From Bacillus safensis (GTDB taxonomy: Bacteria > Bacillota > Bacilli > Bacillales > Bacillaceae): DNA of 40,000 nucleotides. Positions 16,349 to 26,548 of the stretch are shown here, in pieces. The notes below the pieces were generated by a model, which saw only the letters and a program-made list of their open reading frames with translations, ran no database searches and was not told where the DNA came from. Where the stretch lies: positions 8,737 through 48,736 of the forward strand of contig BSBG01000008.1 in assembly GCA_030159235.1 (NCBI GenBank). Direction: 5' to 3'. The position numbers and the translations under genes are program-made. Position 1 is the stretch's first letter, and every line of letters begins with the position of its first letter.

Positions 16349-17695
16349 TTACTTCACCTCCACATTGAAATAGAATTTTTCTGCTGCATCTACTGGTTGA
16401 ACCGCTAAATCGATGTTAAATCCATCACGATCTTCATTGAGACCAATCACGATATCTGTTTCTGAATTAAAGCCTGTAATGCCACTGCCATCTTGAAGCT
16501 GAGTGAGGTACTGTGTAATCAGTGTTTTCACAAGCTGCACACCATCATCTGATGCTGGAATGTCATTGCCATTGGCTTTGCGTAATTTAATCAGATTTTT
16601 TAATTCGAATGTTAAATCATTGTTGATCGCATCAAGCACACGAATGATTTTGTTTTTCGCCATTTGCTGGTTCTTTTCAACTGTAAAACTTGTCAAGGAG
16701 TTAATATCTTTTTCAACACTCACAGTACGATCTCTCGCATCAAAGGTGAAAAGGAACTCCCCTTGTGATAATCGGTATTCGACTTGATCATTGTCAAGGC
16801 GTTCTAATGTATCGACTGCTCCTTCGTATTCAACAAAGGTCAGTGACTGATTGAAGTTTGCTCCGGCACTTGCACCTGCGACCCATGCTGTTGCTTGAGC
16901 AGGCGTTAGTTCTGTTCCATCTTCCAGCACAACACCGCTTGTCACATTGATGATGCCTTCTTGGTCAGCTGCATAGTTGGCCACAACTCCTTGCACCTTA
17001 CGTCCTTGTTTATCACGTAAACGCTCGATAAAGGAAGCGAAGGTCGCTTTTAATTGCTCACTATTATCGACTGGTAGAGCAATCACATCAAAGTATTCTG
17101 TTTCAGCAGCTTCTAAGAAAGCTGTATAATCTGCGACACTTGCCACGCCGTTTTTCCCGCCGCTTAGTGCCATACCAGCTGTGATGACCGCTTCACCTTC
17201 ACCAGAAAATTGAACGTACTTGTTTTTCACAAGATCTTTGACATCAGTGACGACCTGCTTATCCACAATATCTGTGCCAAGATAAGTAATAACATCACGC
17301 TTTGTGCTATCAAGTACATTTTCTGCCACTTGGACTGTGATCTCATTTCCTTTTAGGCCGCCATAATTTGCTGTGACCACAAAGTTTTCAGCAATTTCAG
17401 CTTTGGCCGGCTCCCCTTCATTTAAGCGGTAAAGCAAGACCGTTTGCGCTTTTTTCTTTGCTTCACGGAAAAGAAGAAGTGACTTATCATCAATATTAAG
17501 TCCAACCTTTTTATTTAAATCTTCCATATTGGAAACGGAAATAAAGGTTTTTGGTTCTCCCCAGCTCATCACAAGAGGAAGTGCCACCGTACCTCGATCG
17601 CCTAAAGTAATTCGCTGCTCTGCTGTTGTTTTAAAATTAAAGTAAATGCCAGGACGCTTTTTCTCTGTACCTGGTGTAAAAGTGCCTCCGTTCAT
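16349..17695 (-). CDS. xkdK: Contractile tail sheath protein, XkdK-like
   Basis: 448 aa. N-terminus GTFTPGTEKKRPGIYFNF; size and synteny agree. Confidence 0.9.
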   Translation of the reverse strand: MNGGTFTPGTEKKRPGIYFNFKTTAEQRITLGDRGTVALPLVMSWGEPKTFISVSNMEDLNKKVGLNIDDKSLLLFREAKKKAQTVLLYRLNEGEPAKAEIAENFVVTANYGGLKGNEITVQVAENVLDSTKRDVITYLGTDIVDKQVVTDVKDLVKNKYVQFSGEGEAVITAGMALSGGKNGVASVADYTAFLEAAETEYFDVIALPVDNSEQLKATFASFIERLRDKQGRKVQGVVANYAADQEGIINVTSGVVLEDGTELTPAQATAWVAGASAGANFNQSLTFVEYEGAVDTLERLDNDQVEYRLSQGEFLFTFDARDRTVSVEKDINSLTSFTVEKNQQMAKNKIIRVLDAINNDLTFELKNLIKLRKANGNDIPASDDGVQLVKTLITQYLTQLQDGSGITGFNSETDIVIGLNEDRDGFNIDLAVQPVDAAEKFYFNVEVK

Positions 17696-17698
17696 CCT

Positions 17699-17911
17699 TT
17701 AAACCTCCTTGGACAAAAAAGCATCAATGTGCTTTTTCGCTTCTGTTTTTGTAATTGGTTGATGTTTGATATAAAAAAGAGCCCCTTCAAGGATTTCTGG
17801 TTTGACTCCAAAAAGATCCTTGCTGTGCTCCTTTAAGGCTTCAAATGAAAAGCCAAATTCTTTTTCTTCGCCGGCTGTTTGAGCGGCCTGTACATTTTTA
17901 GTCTTGCTCAC
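17699..17911 (-). CDS. Small hypothetical structural-module protein (GTG start)
   Basis: 70 aa, tightly packed between the xkdJ-like and sheath genes. SD GGGGTGAT. Confidence 0.55.
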   Translation of the reverse strand: MSKTKNVQAAQTAGEEKEFGFSFEALKEHSKDLFGVKPEILEGALFYIKHQPITKTEAKKHIDAFLSKEV

Positions 17912-18353
17912 GTTTGATCACCCCATCTGAAAAGTTGATATCTTCAAGGCTTGCCTGTTTGTCTCGGTTGTACCAATAGCTGCTATCCCACGTCAGGACA
18001 ATCGCTGCTACGCCTTGATCTATCATTCTTGTTTCCACTCTTTTTATGCGGACATAATCATCAAGCACCTCTCCGTCTTCACTCATCATCTGAATGATTT
18101 GACGATCAGCAAGCAATGCATCAACGATTGTTTCTGCCGCATCATGTGCTTTTTCTGTATCAATATGAAAGACTTTCACTTGCAGAGAATAAGACTTCAT
18201 AAAGGTAGATACCGTATCCGGACCGCTGATGACTGTGACAGGCGGCACATAAACGGATGGCACTTGAAAGCGTTCTGGCAAAAGACGATCATACATTGTC
18301 ACAGGAAAGTGTGTGTAAATATAATGCATGATTGCCCCGACTTCTTGATTCAT
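17898..18353 (-). CDS. xkdJ: XkdJ-like tail-completion/neck protein; start moved to the internal ATG with SD GGGAGGTGAT
   Basis: The ORF-track start (18482) would overlap the upstream gene by 125 nt. The ATG at 18353 lies 5 nt after the upstream stop and has a strong SD. Confidence 0.7.
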   Translation of the reverse strand: MNQEVGAIMHYIYTHFPVTMYDRLLPERFQVPSVYVPPVTVISGPDTVSTFMKSYSLQVKVFHIDTEKAHDAAETIVDALLADRQIIQMMSEDGEVLDDYVRIKRVETRMIDQGVAAIVLTWDSSYWYNRDKQASLEDINFSDGVIKREQD

Positions 18354-18357
18354 TCCA

Positions 18358-18855
18358 TCACCTCCCAAAATGTCGATCGAACCAGCTTTGCAGCTTTCGA
18401 TCCAGTGACTGTTCAAACATTTGCTCATAGAGCATGACAGCATGATCCCAGTAGCCGTTTCCATCAATCCATTGTGAGGCAAGCATCATTCCTGTACTTG
18501 CATTCGGATCATATTCAAAGCGGCTGCCAGTCCATCTGCCAGGCACCCATCTTCGCTCTCCACTTGAAGAAGTGGCATGTCCATCATTGACATAGGAGGC
18601 ATATTCAAGCTGCGTCCCCACTTCAAGTGTGAGACCGCCTCTTGAAATAAGAAAATGATTCTCCTTGTCGCCTTGCTTAAAGGAGCTTAGAAGCCGGCTT
18701 GTATCAACAGCATTCTCCTTGATTAATTCATCTTGAATGATGTCTAAAAGCTGTAAGCCCATGTCCTCTAGCCAATCTTGATATTCTGCCTTTAAGCCGC
18801 CATCACACGCTGACTGCAGCTGTGAAAGCAGCCGGTCAAGTCCATCAATTTTCAT
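18358..18855 (-). CDS. xkdI: HK97 gp10-family tail-completion protein, XkdI-like
   Basis: 165 aa. MKIDGLD.L...L......L........E.......I......AVDT..L..S and Y..YV..G motifs; synteny agrees. Confidence 0.75.
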   Translation of the reverse strand: MKIDGLDRLLSQLQSACDGGLKAEYQDWLEDMGLQLLDIIQDELIKENAVDTSRLLSSFKQGDKENHFLISRGGLTLEVGTQLEYASYVNDGHATSSSGERRWVPGRWTGSRFEYDPNASTGMMLASQWIDGNGYWDHAVMLYEQMFEQSLDRKLQSWFDRHFGR

Positions 18856-19208
18856 AGATTTTCCTTCCTGACTGCCATCACTTCAATGTGATGATTTTTC
18901 ACTTTTTTAGGCTGCTGTAATTTGAGTGTGACACCATTCCACACCATTTTGTCATGCAAGCGAATATCACTTGCTAAAGGAAAATGGACAAGATAGGATT
19001 GATAAATGACTGTATTCGGCTCTTCTTGCACAAGTGACTGGTTTTTTTCTATGACATAACAAGCTAGATCCGTCAGGCTGGGAGCACCCGGATAGGAAAG
19101 TGTCATTTGTAAATCACCAGCTGGAATCCCAAATTTCCCGCTGGCAGACTCCTTATGTTCAAGGTGAAAAAGATCACAGCGGTCTGTTAATAGAGATTGA
19201 TAGCTCAT
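18852..19208 (-). CDS. xkdH: Head closure / head-tail adaptor, XkdH/YqbH-like
   Basis: 118 aa; synteny, with 4-nt overlaps to both neighbours. Confidence 0.7.
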   Translation of the reverse strand: MSYQSLLTDRCDLFHLEHKESASGKFGIPAGDLQMTLSYPGAPSLTDLACYVIEKNQSLVQEEPNTVIYQSYLVHFPLASDIRLHDKMVWNGVTLKLQQPKKVKNHHIEVMAVRKENL

Positions 19209-19588
19209 AATGATCTCACCTTTAATTTTGCACTGCCGCCAGTCAATGTTGGTTCAATGTAATCTACAAGCAGGGCATATACATAGGGTCTACCTTTCAC
19301 TTGATCAGCTGCCTTCGCATATGAATAATCGCCCATTTTTTCTGACGTAAAGCCTTTTATCATAGACTCGTCATCATTTAGCATGGCAAAATATTGAGCC
19401 ATTTTTAATAATGCGATTCTTGCTTTTTCTGGGAGGGGCTGATATTTTTCACTTGAGAAATCGTGACCTACGATCTGAAATACCGCAGCTTCCGCTTCGA
19501 TAATATCTGCTGTCAGTCTTTCTACAGATCGATTTTTCACACGATCAAATACAGAATAGGCTTGCAGTTCTTCAGCAGAAATCATCAT
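19205..19588 (-). CDS. gp6-like head-tail connector protein (YqbG-like)
   Basis: 127 aa, immediately downstream of the capsid gene. The N-terminal IS.EEL.AYS........R....I.EAEA.V pattern is typical of connector proteins. Confidence 0.65.
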   Translation of the reverse strand: MMISAEELQAYSVFDRVKNRSVERLTADIIEAEAAVFQIVGHDFSSEKYQPLPEKARIALLKMAQYFAMLNDDESMIKGFTSEKMGDYSYAKAADQVKGRPYVYALLVDYIEPTLTGGSAKLKVRSL

Positions 19589-19601
19589 GGTCTGCCGTCA
19601 C

Positions 19602-20525
19602 CTACTCTTTCACTTTCATCACTTTTGCTACAGCATCCTCTTCCTCAAATTTGCTGTCCAGCTTCGCTGTTAAGACAATAATAAATTTACGACTGCGAAT
19701 ATCTTTTTCTACTTCAATCCGAATATTGCGAGAAAAACCTACGATAATATTTTTAGGGTGTGTCAGCAAAATATCTGATACGTCTGTTCCCGCTTCGTCA
19801 TATGGCTGCATATTGGCAAGACCTTTGACCGGCACACCGAATGCAGAAGAAAGCCCGCCTTGAATGGCTGCATCTCCGAGTCCTGTCTGACGGTTTGCTA
19901 CTTGATCCTTCCACTCAACCTCTAAGCTTGGGGATGTGTAGAAACGAAAATCCTGAGGTACACGTAAATATTTTGACGGCATCGCTTTATAGGCTTGCTT
20001 AAACATTTGGCGGCTAATTTCCGCTCCATTTGCATCTACAATATGAGATACCGCTTGTTTTCTCACGCCATCCATTTGAGCTAAAAATGGATCTGCTGAA
20101 GCCGTATCACCATTGACGATGAGCTCTTCAATGTCGACCGCTGCTCGTTCAGCGAGCATTTGCATAATCGTTTGCTGAATTCCGTCTTTCTCAATATTGT
20201 TTTCAATACTGTCGTAGGTCATATGAATCTCTGCGATGACCTCTTTTGCATTTAGCTGGACAGTGCTTGTCGCTGGGACAACACGGTCTTTCTCATCAAG
20301 CGCTTTGCCTTCTTCTGCTGGGCGCAAAATACGCTGGCCAAAGCCGATTTTTTCGATTTTTTGTGAATCACTTTCCATCGGAATGATACGTGCATCATTT
20401 AAAACGGTTGGTGTGTTTTGCATCATTCTAATAAATGTGTTGGATTGGGTTGCGTTCATGAGACCGCCGGTTTTTAAGCTGGCAAGTGTCATTTCGGCCT
20501 TGCGAATCAACTCTTGATTTCTCAC
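19602..20525 (-). CDS. xkdG: Major capsid protein, XkdG-like
   Basis: 307 aa; position after the scaffold/protease gene and size match PBSX XkdG. Confidence 0.85.
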   Translation of the reverse strand: MRNQELIRKAEMTLASLKTGGLMNATQSNTFIRMMQNTPTVLNDARIIPMESDSQKIEKIGFGQRILRPAEEGKALDEKDRVVPATSTVQLNAKEVIAEIHMTYDSIENNIEKDGIQQTIMQMLAERAAVDIEELIVNGDTASADPFLAQMDGVRKQAVSHIVDANGAEISRQMFKQAYKAMPSKYLRVPQDFRFYTSPSLEVEWKDQVANRQTGLGDAAIQGGLSSAFGVPVKGLANMQPYDEAGTDVSDILLTHPKNIIVGFSRNIRIEVEKDIRSRKFIIVLTAKLDSKFEEEDAVAKVMKVKE

Positions 20526-20547
20526 ACTGTTTCCTCCTTATTTAGGC

Positions 20548-21636
20548 TTATAGTAAGCCATCCCATATGGGCTTTGTCTTGTCGTTTTGTGTATCGTGGA
20601 TTGTTTGTTTTGACATGCCGCGCGCTTTTTCAAGCATGTGAATCCGCTCTGAAATAGGCAAAAGCTGCTGCTTAAGCACTTGCTCAAGCGCTGCATTTTC
20701 TCTGCTGGCTGATTTCTCTAAGGAAGAGAGCTGATGACGAATCGGTGCAACCACTTGCTCGAGCACCTTTTGGACAGGTTCTTCCCCTGTTTGATCTGTT
20801 TCCTGTTTTTCAGCCTGCTGTAAGACGTTTTCGATGGCCATTTTTGCTTTTTCGAGCTCTCGTACTTGATCTGTCGTCAAAGCAGCATCTTGTTTTTGTA
20901 CAGAGGCTGGCCTTTCCCCAATCGTTTGAAGCACATCTTCTGTCTTCAAAATGTCTTGCAAGATTGGCAGCAATTGCTCAAGCGCTGCTCTTACCCCCGC
21001 CTCATCACCGTCATTTGACTGTAAGGTTTCTAGCAGGTGGTCTAAAACGCTCCAAAATGGTTGTGACATGTTTGCACCTTCCTCTTTCAAAAAGAAATTT
21101 TTCAGCAAAGAAAAAAGCCCTCTCTCATTTGTGCTTTGAGATAGAAGCTGATCTTGTTCTTCTATTGCGACGATGTCCGCCGTTCCAGCCATTGAATAAC
21201 CAGTAATGTGGCCATTTTGAATTTGATCCCAAATCTCTTGGGAAGCCTTTGTCACAAGCACCCAAGATCCTTTTCGAATCAGCTCACCGCCTACTTCAAA
21301 ATCAGCTGGAGCAATGTAGGATTCGACAACTTCGCCCACACCATCTTGAAAATCATGCTGCTTGTCAATGTGACGGGCGTCCTTCATAAAGCCATGTGCC
21401 GCTCTTTCAATTTCTTTGGCTGACATAAAGTCTTGGTGTGCATCAGGTGTATTTGGTTCATATACGACACCATACACGAGGCGATGAGCATCTTCTGCCT
21501 TTGTCAGAACACTGACCTCCTTTTGAAAGTCAGGCTGCCTTTTCTTTGCCTTCATCAAAAAGAATTTCTTTTGGTTTGCTGCTCTGTCCACATAGGAAAC
21601 ATGCGTAATTTTTGCGTTTCTTAATTCTCTTGGCAT
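20548..21636 (-). CDS. xkdF: XkdF-like prohead protease/scaffold fusion; start moved to the ATG after SD GGGGGTG
   Basis: N-terminus ITHVSYVDRAANQKKFFLMK is characteristic of XkdF. The C-terminal half is a Q/E/L-rich coiled coil (scaffold-like). Confidence 0.85.
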   Translation of the reverse strand: MPRELRNAKITHVSYVDRAANQKKFFLMKAKKRQPDFQKEVSVLTKAEDAHRLVYGVVYEPNTPDAHQDFMSAKEIERAAHGFMKDARHIDKQHDFQDGVGEVVESYIAPADFEVGGELIRKGSWVLVTKASQEIWDQIQNGHITGYSMAGTADIVAIEEQDQLLSQSTNERGLFSLLKNFFLKEEGANMSQPFWSVLDHLLETLQSNDGDEAGVRAALEQLLPILQDILKTEDVLQTIGERPASVQKQDAALTTDQVRELEKAKMAIENVLQQAEKQETDQTGEEPVQKVLEQVVAPIRHQLSSLEKSASRENAALEQVLKQQLLPISERIHMLEKARGMSKQTIHDTQNDKTKPIWDGLL

Positions 21637-21674
21637 ATGTTCACCCCCTTTCAAAAAAGCTGACGCGCTTTTGG

Positions 21675-23132
21675 TTATTTCTCTAGCTGATTTGTCTCTC
21701 GTTGAGGCTGTTCTTCAGCTGATGTCATGCGGCTTTCTAAAGGTCGGTGATAGAGATCCTCCGGCCATTCCTCTAACGTTTTCCCAAGAATACGGCCCGC
21801 CAGATCTCGCAAATCGTTTGGTGATACGGCCCCAGCCTGAATAAATGGTGCTAGAACCTTAGCAATCTCTAATGGGTCTCTAAAATCAGGACCATTTAAT
21901 AGGAAACGGACATGCCAAATATCAAGATCAGGCAGGAAAAGGGTATTGAGTTTTCCTGTGATGAGGTGCCGTTCAGGCTGAAATACCTGCTCCTCTGTTG
22001 TTTTCCGCGCCGTATCTGCTGTCGCTTTGTTATAGTCCTGAGACTCACCTGTGTAAATGGGCGGCAGGCGAAAAGAAGAGCGGATTTTGTTTCTTGTTTT
22101 TTCATCGTATTCTAAAAAGAGCGCATCCTCTTGCAAGATCTCTGCTAGGGATTTAAAGTTCACTTTGACGTTTGAGACATCTTCTTCTCCAGTTAACCCT
22201 TTTTCTGTTGGGAGACCTTCGACTTCAAGCAATAAAAACTTATGCGCATGATCGGAGCCTTCAATATCGTCCATATAATCCTGAAGCTGCTGATAGGAAG
22301 ACTCTGACAGCATTCCATTTTCGACAATGATGGCACCAGGTACATGTCGCCCTTGTTTAAAATAAAGATAGTTCAGCTCTTCTGCCTTGCGTGCTCCATA
22401 CATATTGACGATGTTGCCAATCCAGCGGGGAATTCCATATGTTCCACTGCCGATTTTAAAATGGATCACTTCGGTTGCGCGAAGCGGCTCTGGGGTGGTG
22501 TCATCATATTTGCCTGTTTCACAATGTAAAATGCGCGGATCACCATACTCCTTAAAGAAGACTTTCTTTTCATTGATTACCTGCACATATTTACGGAATC
22601 GTTTCTTTCGATTCATTGTTTTCAATTCGCCGTTTTCTGTGTACTGGAATTCGACGTCGACTGGCTCACTAAGCTTGCAAATGCGGATATGGAGCGCATC
22701 CAAATACTCAATCCCTGCCGGCTTTCCCTGACCATCCCGGAGCACCTCTAAAAATCCATTGCCCGTTTTTTCCCGGTCTTCGAGGACATAGCCAAGAATC
22801 ACATCGGCAGATTCATCATAGTTCATGTATTTCGTAAACTCTTCGAGTCTTGTCCATTCCTTCTCTGCGGCCTTCTTTTTTGCCAGTTTCACACCTTCTG
22901 CATTAAAATCAAAGGCGTATTCTACACCAAAACCAAAGCCTAAAATATTTGTTTTGTACGCATCAATACATTGCTGAAGAATGGTTGAATATTCTGCCAT
23001 GCTCTTTAATTCATTGATGTTGTAAGGCGGGGGAACAATGTCATCTTTTTCGTAGGAAAATTCATCTGCATACATTTGTTTTGTATGATCAGACATGTTC
23101 GCCTTCATAATTGTTGCTTTCAATTGTTTCAT
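21675..23132 (-). CDS. xkdE: Portal protein (PBSX family)
   Basis: 485 aa, follows the large terminase with an ATGA overlap. Confidence 0.88.
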   Translation of the reverse strand: MKQLKATIMKANMSDHTKQMYADEFSYEKDDIVPPPYNINELKSMAEYSTILQQCIDAYKTNILGFGFGVEYAFDFNAEGVKLAKKKAAEKEWTRLEEFTKYMNYDESADVILGYVLEDREKTGNGFLEVLRDGQGKPAGIEYLDALHIRICKLSEPVDVEFQYTENGELKTMNRKKRFRKYVQVINEKKVFFKEYGDPRILHCETGKYDDTTPEPLRATEVIHFKIGSGTYGIPRWIGNIVNMYGARKAEELNYLYFKQGRHVPGAIIVENGMLSESSYQQLQDYMDDIEGSDHAHKFLLLEVEGLPTEKGLTGEEDVSNVKVNFKSLAEILQEDALFLEYDEKTRNKIRSSFRLPPIYTGESQDYNKATADTARKTTEEQVFQPERHLITGKLNTLFLPDLDIWHVRFLLNGPDFRDPLEIAKVLAPFIQAGAVSPNDLRDLAGRILGKTLEEWPEDLYHRPLESRMTSAEEQPQRETNQLEK

Positions 23133-24442
23133 TGTATGGACCTCCTCTCTCTGTTTGGACGGACACGCTCCGAGGCGGTCTGTTTCAAATCCGTCACTTC
23201 ATAATCATCCAGCGCATACCAGATGGCTGATAATGTGTGCGGATCGATTTGAAATTCATCTTCCTCAAGACGTCCGTCCTTATCTGCCTTATAGGTCAGT
23301 GATTGAAGTTCATAGATGGTATACGGGCAAGCATCAGAGCAAATGATTTTTTTAAATCGTTTGATCTTTTTTGTATATTGCAAACGTGAGCCTTGAAATT
23401 TATGTGCCGCGACCATTTGAAAGCCGCGCTGACGAAAATAGTGAATGGTTTTAGGTTCGGCTGCGTCTGCTTTAATCAGTTCCTTTGATTCAATGAACTC
23501 TTTCAGGTCATTGGCTGTTTCATCATCTGTTTTTCCGCGGTCGTAATATTCCCAATAAATATATAAGTACTTTTTTTCGTGATCGACAGCTAACCGAATG
23601 AGCGCATTGTATGATTCAACAAAACCAAAATCCATGCCTGCTCGTTTCAGCGGTCTGTCAATCTGCTGAATGGCTGCTAATACGTCAGAATGGCTCCTCA
23701 CCTCAAATTGAGGAAAAACCTTTGTGCCATTAATCCCGAAATACCCCTTCCTCGCAATTCGATAAAGGTCTGGGTCATACTCTTTCAGTTCATCCAACTG
23801 CTGCACGTAGCTTTTAGGTAGGAATAAGTTATCTTCCGCCGTGGAGTGATGATAGTACGTATCCTTGATGACAACGGTTCGCTTTTTGTACAAGGTCTCG
23901 TCATCTAAAACGAATCGCTTCAGCTGTTCATCTCGAAAGAAATGCCTATATGTCCAATTATCCTGACCAACAGGATTGGTCGATAACATCATATAAAGAG
24001 GCAGGACTGGATGTCTCAGTCTTCCAAGCAGCTCTTTAAAGCCTTCATATGAAACCTCTGAACACTCCTCAATCCAAATGATCGAGATGTTGTTGATTGA
24101 TTTTAATTTTTCAGGCTTGTCCAGCCCTTTAAATAAGATGCTGCTGCCATTTCGAAATGTCAGTGCAAGTGGCGAGCTTCTGCACTTCACCACATGATCG
24201 ATGCCTAGGTCGCTGACGATCTCTTGTAATAGAGAAAAGGTTGATTCGCGGTGCGTATCATATACTTCCCGGATGACAAGTGCTGTCCGCTTTTCCTCAA
24301 GCAGCTTTAAGACGAGCTTTAAAGCAATGTGATAGCTTTTGGAGGAGCCGTAGCCGCCTACTAAAAATTGAAACTTTTGATTCCAATCGAATAGAAAGTG
24401 TTCAAAGTGAGGATTGACTTCTTTTTCAATCAATGGCGTCAT
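23129..24442 (-). CDS. xtmB: Terminase large subunit (PBSX family)
   Basis: 437 aa. Walker A-like GGYGSSKS near the N-terminus; overlaps the small subunit stop. Confidence 0.92.
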   Translation of the reverse strand: MTPLIEKEVNPHFEHFLFDWNQKFQFLVGGYGSSKSYHIALKLVLKLLEEKRTALVIREVYDTHRESTFSLLQEIVSDLGIDHVVKCRSSPLALTFRNGSSILFKGLDKPEKLKSINNISIIWIEECSEVSYEGFKELLGRLRHPVLPLYMMLSTNPVGQDNWTYRHFFRDEQLKRFVLDDETLYKKRTVVIKDTYYHHSTAEDNLFLPKSYVQQLDELKEYDPDLYRIARKGYFGINGTKVFPQFEVRSHSDVLAAIQQIDRPLKRAGMDFGFVESYNALIRLAVDHEKKYLYIYWEYYDRGKTDDETANDLKEFIESKELIKADAAEPKTIHYFRQRGFQMVAAHKFQGSRLQYTKKIKRFKKIICSDACPYTIYELQSLTYKADKDGRLEEDEFQIDPHTLSAIWYALDDYEVTDLKQTASERVRPNRERRSIQ

Positions 24443-25083
24443 GAGTCATCCTCTTTTCGCTTGATCATGATATGAAGATCCTCCTCTTTTTCTTCACGCA
24501 CTGCTTTTTTTGTTTTTTCGATCGTCAGTTCAATTTGCTTCAGCCTTAATCTTCGTTCATCCTTCGCATGAGCAAGCTCTTCAAACTGTTTGATCAGGCG
24601 TCTGAGTTCACCCATTGCACGGGATTGGGCATTTAAAAACGTGGCATGCCGATCCCATGAAAATTGAAACGAATATTCTTCTGCGCTGATTTCTGGTTCT
24701 GGCTGAATGCCTTCTGCTGTTTCTTCTAAAGAAGAAGGCATGTATGACGCCTTTTTCAGCTCTTTGATCATGTCCTCTTGTCCTGCTACATACATGATGC
24801 GCTGCGCCCGAATAATGGCTGCATATTGAATCTGAATTTGGTCCCAGATTAAATCAAGTGATGTGCGTCCACCCATTTTCTCCATGATTTCAATCGTTTC
24901 ATTTGAAAGAAATTGATTGAAGATTGAGTGTGCCTGCTTGGACGAATTTTTTTGTCTTTGCCATCCATATCGTCTTTTCCATGATTTGACGGTATGGATC
25001 GAGACATTGTAATGATCAGCAATTTGCTGGTACGTCATCCCTTTCATATAATCCTGCTTGGCTTCTATCCGTTTATCTTTCAT
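24439..25083 (-). CDS. xtmA: Terminase small subunit
   Basis: 214 aa. N-terminal [31 protein letters not shown] is typical of XtmA-type small terminases. Confidence 0.88.
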   Translation of the reverse strand: MKDKRIEAKQDYMKGMTYQQIADHYNVSIHTVKSWKRRYGWQRQKNSSKQAHSIFNQFLSNETIEIMEKMGGRTSLDLIWDQIQIQYAAIIRAQRIMYVAGQEDMIKELKKASYMPSSLEETAEGIQPEPEISAEEYSFQFSWDRHATFLNAQSRAMGELRRLIKQFEELAHAKDERRLRLKQIELTIEKTKKAVREEKEEDLHIMIKRKEDDS

Positions 25084-25111
25084 TTACATTCACCTGCCGC
25101 CTCCTTTTAAT

Positions 25112-25136
25112 TCGAATAATTCCCTTTGAAGGAATT
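25112..25136. promoter_or_regulatory. Perfect 9-bp inverted repeat AATAATTCC-N7-GGAATTATT in the late-operon leader
   Basis: Read directly. It lies about 15 nt upstream of the xtmA SD (AAAAGGAGG). There is no U-run, so it is not a terminator. Confidence 0.4.
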
Positions 25137-25222
25137 ATTTGTGTAGGGCTAGCAAACATCCATTTGGTCTTTCTAACTATAGGTGGCAACTGTAAGACAA
25201 GCTTTAACTGATTTATTTTCGG

Positions 25223-25260
25223 ATAAAAAAACGCCTATTCAGCAGCTTTGAATAGGCGTT
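25223..25260 (-). terminator. Intrinsic terminator at the end of xpf (the hairpin includes the last xpf codons)
   Basis: Minus strand: AACGCCUAUUCA-AAGCUGC-UGAAUAGGCGUU, then UUUUUUAUCC. Perfect 12-bp stem. Confidence 0.8.
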
Positions 25261-25753
25261 CTTGGACTTTTTTGGACATCTTCGTCCGAGCTCGTTCCAT
25301 ATGTTTTTGGACAGTTCCTTTTTTGACATCCAGCATAACTGCAATCTCGCTAAACGATAACCCTTGTGTTGTGTGCATAAAGAATACGTCCTTTTCTCGA
25401 TCTGTTAACACAGATAAAGCTTTATCAATTCGTTTTTTGTCTCTCTCACTGACTTCTCTTTCTTTCTCTTGGATAAGGGTATATTCATGTGATAAGGCCT
25501 CTAACACTTCTGGATTTGCAAGAATCGTACGCTGATAGACTGAGCGTCTGTCCAGTCCTCTGCGCGCGCCTGGCTCTCTTCCGATTTGAAGCCATTCCAC
25601 CACGTATTCTAGATCACTGACCATGCTAGCGATCATTTTTTTATCATGCTTGTCTTGAACGGATAGCTGATGTTCTTCTTTTTCTTTAAACGGTTCATAT
25701 TGTTTTCTAGCATTCTTTAATGCTCTTTTATATTCAATGAGTAAATCTTGCAT
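25235..25753 (-). CDS. xpf: PBSX late-gene positive control factor, sigma-70-like (region 4 HTH)
   Basis: 172 aa. C-terminus LTDREKDVFFMHTTQGLSFSEIA.MLDVKKGTVQKHMERAR is sigma region 4-like. Positioned just upstream of the terminase genes, as in PBSX. Confidence 0.88.
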   Translation of the reverse strand: MQDLLIEYKRALKNARKQYEPFKEKEEHQLSVQDKHDKKMIASMVSDLEYVVEWLQIGREPGARRGLDRRSVYQRTILANPEVLEALSHEYTLIQEKEREVSERDKKRIDKALSVLTDREKDVFFMHTTQGLSFSEIAVMLDVKKGTVQKHMERARTKMSKKVQERLFKAAE

Positions 25754-25781
25754 AATGGCTCTCTCCCTTTTTTAAGAAAAT

Positions 25782-25833
25782 AAAAAACGGACACCAATCA
25801 AGTCCCTTTTTAACAGGGTCTTGATCAGTGTCC
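25782..25833 (-). terminator. Strong intrinsic terminator/attenuator in the xpf leader, about 28 nt upstream of the xpf ATG
   Basis: Minus strand: GGACAC-UG-AUCAAG-A-CCCU-GUUAAAA-AGGG-A-CUUGAU-UG-GUGUCC, then GUUUUUUAUUUU. 16 paired bases. Confidence 0.75.
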
Positions 25834-25890
25834 GCAGGCTTTCCGTCTTGGACGTATTGTGTTGTGATGTGATGTGATGTGTTCAGTCAG

Positions 25891-26097
25891 CTAGCTGATT
25901 TTAAAACCAATCTCGTGATCCACTCTTGCAAAATGACCTTTCGCTGTTTGAATAATGGTTTTCCCATGTTCAGGTACATCCATTTTATAAGCCGTTCCTA
26001 CATTCCCATCTAACACGATGACTTGAATTTTTCCTTTTTCCATCTCACCGACAAATGTTTGGTTTTCTTGAATGAATAGTTGTTTTGGCTCGTTCAT
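25891..26097 (-). CDS. xtrA: XtrA-like small protein
   Basis: 68 aa, the same length and position as PBSX XtrA. The ..PEHG...I.T.KG...RV.. pattern is as recalled. Confidence 0.7.
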   Translation of the reverse strand: MNEPKQLFIQENQTFVGEMEKGKIQVIVLDGNVGTAYKMDVPEHGKTIIQTAKGHFARVDHEIGFKIS

Positions 26098-26516
26098 ATG
26101 CTTGTCTCCTTTTTTGGTGGTAATCTCGCGTCATCATCACCCACCGTATTTAAAATAATTTCAACTCTTGGACGCATACTATAAAACTGAGAAACTCTTA
26201 AATCGACAATCTGTAGAGGAACTTCATTGGCAATGATATGAAGTGCTTCTTGAATATGCTGTAGTCTTGGCTGAAGGATGCTGACGTGCACCGGACGTAT
26301 CAACCCTTTTTCTGCGTATGTACGCTTGTTTTGACATTCAGCTATGGCAAGCGGCATGTGATCAAATAAACGAATGTCAAGTGATAATGCACCTTCCAAT
26401 TTTTGCGAGCATTGCGCTTTTGCAGCTGATCGTATTCTTTTCATCAATGTCTCTTTTGTTAACAAATACTCTGCTTCAATGATTAAATGGATGACCATCT
26501 TATGATCTCCCGTCAT
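26094..26516 (-). CDS. Hypothetical early protein (xkdD position)
   Basis: 140-aa ORF with a 4-nt overlap with xtrA. No motif recognised. Confidence 0.55.
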   Translation of the reverse strand: MTGDHKMVIHLIIEAEYLLTKETLMKRIRSAAKAQCSQKLEGALSLDIRLFDHMPLAIAECQNKRTYAEKGLIRPVHVSILQPRLQHIQEALHIIANEVPLQIVDLRVSQFYSMRPRVEIILNTVGDDDARLPPKKETSI

Positions 26517-26548
26517 CCTTTGCCCACTGGCGGATGTCTTGTTCGTTT

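Noticed and set aside
17898-18482. Long N-terminal extension of the xkdJ-like ORF (and similar ORF-track extensions at 20548-21654, 27826-28320, 28455-29465, 30149-31000, 32816-33844 and 33919-34527)
   Set aside because: The extensions overlap upstream genes or cover the gene's own SD. In each case an internal ATG with a well-spaced GGAGG-type SD gives a product matching the family N-terminus.
20745-21206. 153-aa plus-strand ORF antisense to xkdF (and the other antisense ORFs of 60-170 aa throughout the structural genes and MCPs)
   Set aside because: All are embedded antisense in genes with clear family motifs and lack SD sequences. They are typical shadow ORFs.
25864-25881. (GTGAT)x3 micro-repeat downstream of xtrA
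   Set aside because: It is too short to call a functional repeat or phase-variation tract. It is mentioned only as context for the xpf leader terminator.
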